The notes below the pieces were generated by a model. The model did not search any database. It had not been told where the DNA came from and saw only the letters and a list, made by a program, of their open reading frames with translations. Of a stretch of DNA of 64,000 bases, positions 42,424-53,813 are shown piece by piece (within the stretch, counting starts at the first letter, position 1; each line of letters begins with the position of its first letter). The DNA comes from Ministeria vibrans ATCC 50519. Lineage: Eukaryota > Protista > Filasterea. Position numbers and translations under genes: made by a program. The DNA lies in the NCBI GenBank assembly GCA_943704425.1, contig CALSCP010001986.1, forward strand, positions 46,599-110,598, in the 5' to 3' direction.

Positions 42424-42546
42424 TTTGAAAAAAATTGAAAAATTAATAATGTTTTTTAATTTTTTTTGTTGTTGAATAGAAATGAGAAAAGACGTAAAAA
42501 GTTGAATTTTTTTATTTTTTTTCACTTTACTCTTTACTCTTTAGTC

Positions 42547-43885
42547 ATGCTCAGTTTGGGGATATCCACGGGCCTTGCGAATGCGTCACGATGGGTGGAT
42601 GAACGATTGGCATTGTCGCAGAAAGCACAGCAGATTGTCGAACTGTCGTTTCGACTGATGCTGCTCTCCATTGTCGTCAGCATCTGCTCATTCGGCGCCT
42701 TCCTATGCTACATCACCTTCTACTACTTTTACATTCCGGTTGTGCACCACACTCATCCCAGCTACATCCAATTCCAGTACGCACCAAACGACGCTGGACG
42801 CAAGAACACATTCGACCGTCCCTTCACTTTGTAGCACGGCCACCGCCGAGGCACGCTCGAGTGTTGGGCACATGCGATACGAGTCCCTTGTGCAGCTTAC
42901 CGAGTATAGCTCGGTACGACGCAGTGTGCAAGTTCATCGTGTCGTGGCGCGAACCCATCTTACCACTTTATATGTATGTTGCTGTAGTTTTTGTCACTTG
43001 GTCAGACGTACGACGTGAGCGTCGAGTTGACGCTGCCTGAAAGTCCGGCAAATGAAGCGGCCGGAATGTTTATGGTGCACGTTGACTTGTTGGATGGCAA
43101 GCAGCAGAGTGTGCGGTCGTCGTCTCGTCCAGCGCGTCTGCGCTATCGGTCGTGGCTCATTGACATGTTGAGCGACGTGCTCTTTGCGGCACCACTTGTG
43201 TTTGGGTGGATGGACGAGGCGCAGACCATGCGCATTGTCATGCTGGAAAACATTTTTGATGAGCGAGTGCGTGACCCACACACAACGACACACATCTGTA
43301 TAGTTTGGTGTTTGCGCCTCAACTTTTTTTCTCGTGTGTGTGTGAATGTTCTTTGTAGAGCGGACGAGTTCAGTCTGCAAAGGTGGGACTGTCGTCTCGA
43401 GGAAGTGGGATTGAAGTGTACAGTGCGTGGCTGCGGATTGACGCGCGGTTCTCGGGACTGCGTTACATGATGTACTATTGGCCGGTAAGCAGTGCGCTGG
43501 TCGCAACTACCTATCTGACGGGCGTCTTTCTTGTGGCGCTGCTTGTGTTGCGGTACGAAAGCGCGGAGCAGTGGGAGACAGTTACGATTGACGCACACGT
43601 GTATGTAGACATCGAGTGGCGAGTGTGGGGGTGCAGGAAGGGAGTGAGCGGATGGAAGGGGCAGAGGAAGATGACGGAGGGAGCGAGTCGGGGAGTGACG
43701 GGGAGGAGGGAAGTGAGGCTGAGACGGAGATGGGTGACAGCATCAACAGCAGCAGCAAGGCGAGCAGTGCGCGGACCAACCGAAGTGGTGTGGATCGGGC
43801 AAGTAGTGTGGGCACCATTGACGAGATTGACGAGCACTTTGCCGAATCCATTCTCTCCCACTCAGACCCCCCCCACCTCGCATAG
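42547..43885 (+). CDS. BSCL2: Seipin
   Basis: TM1 ending FYYFYIP, GQTYDVSVELTLPESPANEAAGMFMV, LRYRSWL, FSGLRYMMYYWP followed by TM2 and an acidic tail. Confidence 0.93.
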
Positions 43886-44044
43886 CCATGCTCTCGGTTG
43901 TTGTACTTTTCGTTTGTAAATGATGAAGTTCTTATATTATTATTATTTTTGAATTTGAAAGTGAAATATTTCATTCGATACACTTGCTCTCTCTCGCGCT
44001 CGTAACTCTCTCCTCTCCTCTCTCTCCTCTCGTTTATTGTTTGT

Positions 44045-45103
44045 TTATTTTGCGCTGGCGACAAGCACGACGGTGAGGGCCGATGCAACAATGGTCCAGA
44101 TGTAGTTGAAGGTGACGGAGAAGCTCTTGAAGAGCCAGGTGGCGCAGAGGAGGGCAGCGACCAGGAAGAGGGCGTTGTTGTAGAAGACGGCAAAGGCAGA
44201 GCTCTCGGCGGCACACACCGACTCGAGCTTCTCGGGGAGCTCCTGATCAATGAGCTCTCGTCGCTCCGCCTTGCTCTTGCCCTGGTACTTTTCCGTGAGC
44301 TGCGCGCGGATGACGTCGTCGCGTCCGCGGTTGGCAATGCGCATCTTGGCCGAGCGCGCCGTGCCCAGCGTCGCATACGTGAGGCCACCCACGCCAAACA
44401 GCGTAAGCAGAATGTAGATGATCGCAGTGTCGGCAAACGCCAGTTTATGGACGCTGTGGAAAAGGTCTGCAATGACAAGTCGCAACAAATGAGTGGAGGA
44501 TGAAAAAAAAAACGAAGAAAAGAAAAAGAAAAAAAGGGAATGCAAGGAAAGGAGAATGATGGCCTTCGAAAGATGGACGTGGCCTCAGTGATCGTGCAGG
44601 TGGGCCTGAAGGCAGAGATTGGGCGTCAGAGGCGACTTTGGGATGCGACCGACAAATGTCATGCTCTCGGACTGCTCGAAACGGCTGTAGCGCAAACGCA
44701 GCACGAGCCAGACGCAAGAGCCGTCGATGATCGGATGTGTGACACGGACTCGCGCGTGATGCACGCAGAAGAAGGCGGCACGGTCCCCAGAATGGCCCGT
44801 TTTCGTCGTTGTCGACGTGGAAACGTCAAAAAAACCAACACTTCGAAAAAAAAAAAAAAAAAAAAAAAAACACACAAAGACAGAAAGAACGAAAGGAGCG
44901 GAGACATCACGAAGGCAAGTGATGTGACTGTAAGGTGCATTGTCGATGATCGGCAAGGGGCAAGCGATGGCAGCGACAGAACGTTCATTTTTTGGAAGGA
45001 GAAACATGTTCGTACAGGCCGGAAGGAGGGACACGAAGAGGGCGTTGCCGATGTAGAGGGCGATGGTCGACGAAGGGACCTTGGACTTGTGTTGGAACTC
45101 CAT
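44045..45103 (-). CDS. SSR3: Translocon-associated protein gamma
   Basis: ALYIGNALFVSLLP|...ESSAFAVFYNNALFL...FNYI. One 549-nt intron (44467-45015). Confidence 0.9.
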
Positions 45104-45439
45104 GACGACTATTACTTGCGATAAATAAAATAATGTGAAAAACTGAAAATCAAGATTCATCATTCAAGTCAGACAAGTGATCGCACAGTGATCGCTCGCC
45201 ACTGGCGGTTGCTGACTCACTCAGCCGGTGTGGGTTTCAAGGGCGGTGGGTGCCGCGAATTAACTTTGACTATTGACTAATGACTTCATTGACTTGTGGG
45301 ATAAGTAAGTGCGCTGTCGTTACATTCTGGTGAATAATGACGGAGTGTTTGGGTGGGACTCAACTTGCAGAACAGCGGTCCTTCCCTGCGTGCCCACTGC
45401 TTTGCAATGGCAATGAACCGTCGGTAAGTGTCCACAGGG

Positions 45440-45775
45440 TCACGTTGGCGTGCCAGCAACCTCAACCAGTTTGAGCAGGTTGCGTTGAAGCACAACTTGA
45501 TACCTTCAGAACAACACACGACAAAGCAACGGATGATTGAAACGCCTTCTGCACAATATATCCTGCTGTCCGACTGACCTTCGCGCATCGTCTAAGCGGC
45601 CGAGACGCTGGTACATGGTGATTGACTGCAGCAGCATGTCGTTTTCATGCAAGATCTAAGAAGCGTACTTTCAAATAAGAACCAACAGGCAGACGTCCGA
45701 CACCAATACCTGATCCACCGTGATGCTTGTTGATGGAGCTACCGTTTTTGACGACGTAGATTTAGAGTTGTTCAT
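45440..45775 (-). CDS. SS18L2: SSXT-domain microprotein (SS18L2-like, about 68 aa)
   Basis: Three exons (45775-45710, 45655-45579, 45503-45440): ...ITVDQ|ILHENDMLLQSITMYQRLGRLDDARR|YQVVLQRNLLKLVEVA. Confidence 0.85.
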
Positions 45776-45911
45776 TGAGGCGTGGGCGACAAGAGAAAGC
45801 GAATAAATTGTGTATATAAATTGACACAACATAAGATGGATCAACCTTGAGCCACATATCACAAAATATCGCAAATTTCACAATGAAATATGTAAATTGT
45901 TTTTTGTATAC

Positions 45912-46430
45912 ATGGGAAAGCGCAAAGGATCGAAGAGGAAGGGACCGACGAAGGTATGAATAGTAGGAGGCTAAGGTTGTTGCAACGGGGACTGTTCTGA
46001 TGGCTGTGCAATTATTGACGAGCAGAAGCAACGGGAGCCCCTGGCGACCGCCTTCTCGTGTCCCTTTTGCTACCACGACAAGAGCATCACAGTGAAAATG
46101 TAAGGAACGGGGTGGGGAGGTGGGTGTGCGGATGGGACACGCGATGTGACGCTTGTGCGTAGCGAGCGCGAGAGACGCATTGCCGACCTCAACTGCACTG
46201 TCTGCTTTGAGAAGTGGTCGTGCACCGTCAATGCTCTGTCGGAACCCATCGACGTGTACACGGAATGGATCGATTACTGCGACGAGGCGACCAAGGAGAA
46301 GCGCGCGGAGGAGAGCTTCAAGGAGAGTGCAGCGGACAACGCAGCGAGCGCAAGGGCCAGAGACGACGACGACGACGATGATGATGATGATGATGATGAT
46401 GACGATGATCTTGACTACGACGCCAAGTAG
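45912..46430 (+). CDS. ELOF1: Transcription elongation factor Elf1/ELOF1 with an acidic tail
   Basis: MGKRK...|FSCPFCYH...|CTVC...LSEPIDVYTEWIDYC. Three exons. Confidence 0.95.
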
Positions 46431-46575
46431 CGCAGTGGAGAGGAGCATCCCAAACAGTGTACAATACAAAAATTACATTTTTTTTTACAACCATTCTTTT
46501 TTCTTTTGCATCTAATCGCTGTGATTACCGCCTAAGAAGACACCAGAGGCACGAGCTACGCTGCCACTTGATGGC

Positions 46576-47919
46576 ATGTTCAACATGGTGGCTGGTCGAG
46601 AGCGAGGGGAGGTTTCCAGTTTGCGTCTGCGTACCGTTCAGTCGACCCGTCGTTCGCACCGCCTCCAGCTGAGCGGGCGACGGCGTGTACCACTGACACA
46701 CGCGAGCGGCGTTAGCGCACTTGATGTTGAAGTTGCCGAAGGACGCTATGTTCTCAGTGGAGGTGCGTTTACGTTTTCAAACGTATTCATTAAGCTTTTT
46801 TGCGACGAGTCTGGCGATACCTTTTGTGTGACCTCTTTTTTGGTGTGTCTGATTGATTGTTTGTTTGCTTGTGCGTACATGTGTAGGGGCCGATGGGACG
46901 ATTGTCATTCACGATGGATTGTGCGATGAGTGGGAGCAACGCGAGTACGAGACGGTGAGTTCGGTGCGGCGTGGTGCACACGGTGACGCACACACGGCTA
47001 TGGTGACGCGGGTGCAATGGTACCCCCATGATAGCGGTGCATTTGTGTCGAGTGGCATGGATGGAGAGGTGAAGTTGTGGGACACAAACGCTCTCGAAGT
47101 GGTGTGCGCCTTTGACTTGCCTGAACATGTGTACTCTGTGGACATGTGTGCGGGAGCGCGCCACCAGCTTATTGCAACGGCATCCAACGACGAGCACGTA
47201 CGACTATGTGACGTTGTCAGTGGTACATCGACGCACACACTGCGCGGCCACTCGTCGCATGTGCTCACGGTTGCATGGTCACCACGCGATGACAATGTTG
47301 TTGCAAGCGGAGGAGTAGACGGGCGTGTGCACCTGTGGGACATTCGCAATGGTCGACGACCACTTGTATCGCTTGACCAGCACAATGGCTTGGGTGCGCG
47401 AGTGGCCTCGCGCGACAGTGAACCCACGGCACACTCGGGCGTCTGCAACAGCATTGTGTACTCGCACGATGGACATTTTCTGCACACGCTGGGTTCAGAC
47501 AGGCGGGTGCGCTCGTGGAACGCGTCGACAGGCACTCATACACTGGTCAATTATGGACGGCAGCTAGGCACGGGTGCTCGCTTTGTTCCTATGGCGCTGA
47601 CTCGCTCACCCTGTCGCCCCTCCCTCCTTGCGCTTCCTCACGGCACGTCCGTGCGTGTCTACCAGACTGAGACGGGCAAACTGGCCACTGTGTTGCAGCT
47701 TCACTTTGAACGTGTCCATTGCGTTGCCTGGAACCCCCTTCGTGACGAGGTAGAGAAAAGTCCGTTGCGTTTGTTGTGTGTTTGATTTTCCTCCTCTGCC
47801 CATAGCTTCTCTCCGGTGGGTCGGATCGCCAGATTCTTGTATATACGCCTGTAAACGACCGCGATGCACCCGAGGGCGATGGCGACGAGCTGGGGGACGA
47901 TTGGAGTGACGAAAATTGA
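46576..47919 (+). CDS. ERCC8: Cockayne syndrome A WD40 protein
   Basis: AEGRYVLSGGADG, VQWYPHDSGAFVSSGMD, KLWDTN, SGTSTHTLRGH, WSPR, LDQHNG, TLVNYG, C-terminal DDWSD. Three exons. Confidence 0.92.
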
Positions 47920-47949
47920 TTTTCATTGCAATTGTTGTAATATTTATAA

Positions 47950-48042
47950 TTAATTTAATATTATAATAATAATTATTATTGTTTTAGAATAATCATAATC
48001 ATAATAATAATAATAATAATAATAGTAATAATAATAATAATC

Positions 48043-48094
<52 letters not shown>

Positions 48095-48105
48095 GAATAA
48101 GAATA
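47950..48105. repeat. (AAT)n microsatellite
   Basis: Directly visible. Confidence 0.95.
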
Positions 48106-48677
48106 AGTAAAGTCACCAAGGCACAAGTACAATCACAGTACGAGTGGCCAGAATGAGTCAATCCACTGAAGTAGACTCAGGTAGTTGCAAAGATACGCTG
48201 CCAAGACCCAAGTGCCAACAGCCCCCCCCCCCCCCCCCCCCCCCTCCTCCCCCAAATAAACGAACAAATGAAACGTGTTGTGTCTTGTGTGTTACTTGCG
48301 CAAACTGCTCAATTATTTAACTTTAACCTTTTAACTTTTATTCTTCAGCTAAATAGCTTTGCAACGCTGCTGGTGCCACCCCTTTGTCGTATTTGTCTAT
48401 TGGTAAGCAACGTCCAGCAATGGCCTTGCGAAATTGCGCGCTTCGGTGGAACTTCGAGCGAATGAGAAATTGCGCGAAACACAATGAGAGTCAAACACAA
48501 ACGCTTCCACGTGCAGAATGCAAAAAGTGTCTTTGCGACTTCCATTGACTTCTGCGCGCTGACCAGTGACTGTGCACCAACTCATTGTGACTGTATGGCT
48601 GTGTATTTTGCAGAATACCGGCAGGATCCGGACAGGCGAGCGTCGCGTTTTGTCCGGTCGACACACAAAAGCAGCTC

Positions 48678-50201
48678 ATGTCGACGATTCACTCAACGCG
48701 TGCAAACACGGCGCGTTTCCAGCGGCGCCTTCGCGGTCGATCGGTTAGTTTGAATGTGCCCGTGCACGCCCATCCCAACCGCTTCACAGCGTTCGACGAG
48801 GATTTCGACGAGGACGACGAAGACTATCGCGACGACTACCGACTGCACAGTCGACCCGACTTTGACGACGAGACTGCACTTGCCGCGGCCGCCGTCGTGG
48901 CCGCCCGAGCAATGGTTCTTGGCGCGACCGACGACGACAGCAACAGCACGGGCGGTAGCAACTCGTCGGGAGAACGCTACTCGGTGACTGGCGATTGGGA
49001 TTGCAGAGGTGTCCCCGCGCCCAACGCGGTGACGCCTCTTCCCCCTCACATGCCCATGTATAACCCCCCGACGGCGACCACTACTATTCCCACATCTACC
49101 ATTCCCGCCATCTCCACGACGACAACGACGACGACGACAGCGTCGCAAATGAATGGGAACCTGATGCCGCACTTGCCGGCCGTCTTTACCGCGGCCGCTC
49201 CGCCCAACATGGTCGTTCCGGTGCCCCTGACGACCACTGGTGACATACCTGCGTCTGCTCGCGTGGGTATGCTTCTCGAGGCCGCTTCTATGATGAGCAT
49301 GCCGTCGTCGCCGGTGCACGAACATGGCGTGGACGATAAGGAAGTCTACGCGAGCCTCAATGGCCATCGCCAAGTCGGATTGCACCGCAGCACTGGCAAG
49401 CAGACGGATGCGTGTGGACAGAAACGCATTCGTCGCCGCACGGCACTGCGGATGGTACAGCTGTCGCCACCGCCTACGAAGAAGAAGGCGGTCGTGACCA
49501 CGTCGATGCGGGGCCGCCGTCGCACCCAGAGCCTATCCTTTGATGCGATGGACCGGGGCATTGGCGGAGGGTTCTCCAGCATGGAGGATGACGATGATGA
49601 TGATGATGATGATGATGATGACGACGACGACGAGAAGGAGGAGGAGGAGGGTGCTAGCGACAACGGAGATGATAGGCGTGGTGGGGAAGACAACGAAGAG
49701 GAAGGGAATACTTACCACGACGGCTCAAAGGGACGTGGACCGTCATCGGCAAAGCGAGCCCGACAACAACAAGAACTCTCTCTCTACTCTCAGTATCATT
49801 CTCAACAACAGAAGCAGCAGCAACGTCAGCAGGGACAGCTTGCAGTGGGCGGTCTGGCCGGGTCGGGAATGCTGCCGAAGCGACTGGGACAGCACCACAG
49901 TGGCCGGGGGCAGGGCAAGCGACGCACCATGAAGAGTCGCGAGGTGCACAATCAGCTGGAGAAGAACCGACGAGCGCACGTCAAGGACTGCTTCGACACG
50001 CTGCAAGAGATGTTGCCAAACATTGAGACGGCGCGCATGTCCAACGTGGTGATTTTGCAGCACACTGTGCAGTACATCAGAGAGCTGGAGCGCCTAACCG
50101 CGACGCAAACTTCACAGCTGTCCAAGGTACAGCGCCTCAATGAGTGGTGCAAAATTACGCTGGCTGCAGCGCGCTCTCGGGAGCAGAACTGTACACAATG
50201 A
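48678..50201 (+). CDS. MNT: Mnt/Mxd-family bHLH-ZIP repressor
   Basis: REVHNQLEKNRRAHVKDCFDTL..LPNI...SN resembles the MNT bHLH; heptad leucine zipper; SID-like VGMLLEAA. Start codon is uncertain. Confidence 0.82.
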   Translation: MSTIHSTRANTARFQRRLRGRSVSLNVPVHAHPNRFTAFDEDFDEDDEDYRDDYRLHSRPDFDDETALAAAAVVAARAMVLGATDDDSNSTGGSNSSGERYSVTGDWDCRGVPAPNAVTPLPPHMPMYNPPTATTTIPTSTIPAISTTTTTTTTASQMNGNLMPHLPAVFTAAAPPNMVVPVPLTTTGDIPASARVGMLLEAASMMSMPSSPVHEHGVDDKEVYASLNGHRQVGLHRSTGKQTDACGQKRIRRRTALRMVQLSPPPTKKKAVVTTSMRGRRRTQSLSFDAMDRGIGGGFSSMEDDDDDDDDDDDDDDDEKEEEEGASDNGDDRRGGEDNEEEGNTYHDGSKGRGPSSAKRARQQQELSLYSQYHSQQQKQQQRQQGQLAVGGLAGSGMLPKRLGQHHSGRGQGKRRTMKSREVHNQLEKNRRAHVKDCFDTLQEMLPNIETARMSNVVILQHTVQYIRELERLTATQTSQLSKVQRLNEWCKITLAAARSREQNCTQ

Positions 50202-50305
50202 TACAACATTGAAATTATATTATTTTTATTTTAAAAAATATATATTTTATTATTATAACGTCCTGGGTTTGACTTCAACGCTGTTTGTGTAATTGTGTAG
50301 TCGGC

Positions 50306-50446
50306 TTGTCGCTTTTCGTTTGTGATTGATAATATTTACTAACGTAATTTATATGATAATTATACAGTATTTATATTTTATTATTGACTATTGTTGAAGA
50401 AGAAGAAGAATTGAAACAATTTTTTCTTATCAATCACAAACGAAAA
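50306..50446. repeat. 20-bp perfect inverted repeat around an AT-rich spacer (MITE-like), with a dispersed copy
   Basis: TTTTCGTTTGTGATTGATAA (50313-50332) pairs with TTATCAATCACAAACGAAAA (50427-50446). A 26/27 match to the left arm lies at 39605-39631. Confidence 0.7.
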
Positions 50447-50565
50447 TTCGAGAATGAATATTGTTAACTTATTGAACTCCCGCGTACCCAAAATCAAATC
50501 AAACGTCAAAATTCAAATTTTTACGCCATCGTCATTCAGAATTGCTGTTGGAGCATAGCAATTTT

Positions 50566-52979
50566 ATGGTGCAAGTACAAGGGGATGTCTGGTTGACGCG
50601 GCGGCGTTGTCTTTATGGCTTTCTAGAGACCCCAGTGTCCATTCTCAGCTACATCTACCACATTGCGGTGTAGGCGAATCCTCTGGTCGAATCCCTCTCT
50701 AATGTGCTGTGTGTTGGTTTCTGCTTAGAGGCGTGCTTATCATTGTGTCGGCGCTTTTGAATATTCTGTCGACCGTGCCGCGCTACGATGGCACCAAATT
50801 CAAGTCGGTGTTTCACCTTGAGATATCGCTGCTGGCCCTCTTGAGCGCCGAGTATCTCTTGCGGCTGTGGTGTGCACCGGCCTTTTCCAAGAAGTACCAA
50901 GGTTTGCGGGGCGTAGTGCGTTTTATTCGAAGGTATGGCGGAGATAACGAAGAGATAACAAAGATGTTTACGCAATAATAATAATAATTATTATATTATT
51001 ATTATTATAAAATTATAATATCTTATTTTCTCAATGTGTAGACCTCTACGGCTGGCAGACTTGGCCATTTTGGGTTGTTCGCTTGCCATTGTGATTGTCA
51101 CAACTAACGATCGTGGCGAATATCTGTGGGGAGCGGGCGGCGCCTCTGCCCTACGCCTGCTCAGTCTTTTCCGACTGCTCCGCTTTGATCGCTACATTCA
51201 TGCATCGCGTCTTGTCGCCGACGTCTTGGTCATGCACTGGCACGAACTTGTTGTGACCTTCTTTATTTCGCTACTGATTATTCTCTGGGGCGCGACCATT
51301 GTGTGGGAGCTCGAGCACGATGTACAGCCGGACCACTTTGGGACGCTGCCGCAGGCCATTTATTGGGCGTGTAAGAACAAGCGAACAAAAAGGAGTCAAA
51401 TAGAGATAGGGAGAGACTTAATGATGCACTTGGACGTATACCTTTGTTTTGGTTGTTTTTTTTTTTTTCACATGCAGTAATCACGGCAACCACCGTTGGC
51501 TATGGTGACATATCCCCGACGACGTCAGCGGGTCAGGCTGTCACGTCGGTCCTTGTGCTTCTGGGCATGCTCTTTATTTCCATTCCCGCCGGTCTTATTG
51601 GCACCACCTTTGCCATTCGTGTGCGCCAATATCGCGAAGACCGTCGCTACCGTGCACGTCTCAGCGACACTGCGGCGCGTCTCGTTCAGTTGCGCTGGCG
51701 AACATATTCCCTCAAATGTTATTTGCGTGCTGCCTATGCCCCTATTGGGTCAGCCCGAACTCGCTCACGACCCCAATCGACACTTTCGACACATCAAATA
51801 GCCTCCAGTGATGATCCCGAACGATATCCCTTTCCCGGCACGGCCGTCTACCAACGGTTTGTACGGCTCGCCGAACGGCATCACATCCACGAGCTGTATG
51901 CTCGGTACAACGAGCGGCGGCAGCACGAGTTGGAGCTGGTTACAGCGAGTCGTCTGCTCAGCGGGGGGGGACTTGCGTCGCGCTCCGAGACATCGCACGA
52001 CCTGGACGAGGAAGAGAAGGGGAGAGAATGGGAGGACGTGGTGACGGAGGGAGAGGAGAAGGAGGAAGAGAGGAGGGACACAGACGTGACAGGCAGCGAG
52101 AAAGCGGTCATGGACACAGGTGGAGAGAGCACGGTCACGTTGAACGCGAGTTCGCGTTCACCGTTGAAGCGAATTGATCGACGTCTGGCGTCACGCACAC
52201 TCACCATACGGCAACAATGGGCAACGCTAATGCGCGGCGGAAACAGAGACAGAGCTGCGTCGGAGGATCGCGAGGCGAGTGATGAAACGCTGGAACTGGG
52301 TGAGATGCATGATAGCAAATGGCACAAAGACGATCGCGCGCGACGACCACTGTCTCTTCGCGAATTTGAAGAAATTTACACGGAATGCGCTGGCAAGGAG
52401 AGTCTCATTCATGTTCTGGAGAATTCTGAGGCGAGTGCGCAGATTGACACCACGACCAACAGCGGTCGTCTGATGCCCATACGAAAGTATCGGATGACGC
52501 GCGCACAATGTCGTGCACTGGTGTTCCTTCTGACGATGCAGCACTCGTTGGTGCAAGAGCGGTTTCGATTGGCATGCCAGTGTAGCCTGCACGATATCGA
52601 GGATGTGTTTGGGCAATTGAACGAGCTCAAGGTGCACCTGAACGTGATGACGCGACGCCTCGACCACAAGCTTAACGTGATGCAAGCGGTGCAAGTGCGG
52701 CAGCACGACACGGTTCTCAGCCACAATATTAATAAGGCAGGACGGACTGGTACGCCAGTGGCAGCAGCCGCCACTGAGCAGGTGATGCAACTCGTTGCAA
52801 CAGCTGCCCAAGAGCACGCTTGCTCCATCGACGATCTGCTGGTGGCGCTCAAGGAGCAACGACGACGCACCACTAATACTCACGAGTCGACGTCACGAAG
52901 CGTCTCGCCTCGGCCACACCACAGTCATAGGGTGCCCAGTACGCTCACCGTGCCCTCAGTGGACTCCACGATTGTATAA
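50566..52979 (+). CDS. KCNQ: KCNQ/Kv7-type voltage-gated potassium channel
   Basis: LYGFLETP...YH (S0-S1), EYLLRLW...KYQGLRG, S4 RLLRFDR, HWHELV, TTVGYGD, IPAGLIG, helix A AARLVQLRWRTY, helix B/C HDIEDVFGQ...HLNVM. Four exons. Confidence 0.9.
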
Positions 52980-53813
52980 CACTCAATAGTAATATTTAGA
53001 CAATAATAATAGAGAATAGACGAATAGACCTCGAATAGACTCAATGTTAAAACCAAGACATTATACAACACAAATGTCAAATAGCAGTACAACACTCCCG
53101 CCGTAGTCTTCTGGACGAGAATGTCCCGAGTTCTCCCCCATTCACGCGGCGACAAAGAATATCTCCGCCTGTCTAGAGTCCCCAGCCAGGCAGTTGATGA
53201 AATGTCTTGTAGGCACAACGTAGTGGGTGTCAGTGGTCGCGCGCAGTCTCTAAGCAAGAGTCATGCCGATCAGTGAGTCGGGTTGCGATTGGCTCATCAT
53301 ATATTTCCATGGGTGAGCACAGTGGAGAAGGAAGTGTCCTGGGATTTGTTGCAGCTGTTGTTGTTGCAGTTGATGTTGTTACGACTGGTATCGCAAACTT
53401 AAGGTTGATGCAGCGCCTGTCGTAATAGTGTGGTTGTCGTTGCTATAGTAGCTGTGAGAGAGAGGGTCGCGCAGGTCCGACGGGAGTCCGACGTCCGGAA
53501 CGTGTCGGCCGTCGCATGGTAAAGCGCGCAAGGGCTCAGCCAATGATGCCTTGGAAGACGACATAAATTATATTACAGGTCACTAACAGGTGTCTGTATG
53601 ATGCGTGCGTTGCAGCGGAGCTCTTGGACATTAGCACTCTTTGACCTGACGTCTTGGTTAAATTTTAAATAAAATATTATAATATTATTATTATTATTAT
53701 TATTAATGATAATAAATTAAAAATTTATCTGTTTTATGATTAATTATCACAATTCTCAATTCTCAATTCACACACTTTTTTTGTTTGCTGGTCCCACTTT
53801 CGTTTTGTACACC

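Noticed and set aside
44553-44610. C/D-box-like ATGATG...CTGA
   Set aside because: It is antisense to the host gene, the C box is imperfect, and I identified no guide complementarity.
48508-48513. E-box CACGTG upstream of the Mnt-like gene (autoregulation)
   Set aside because: A single hexamer is expected by chance.
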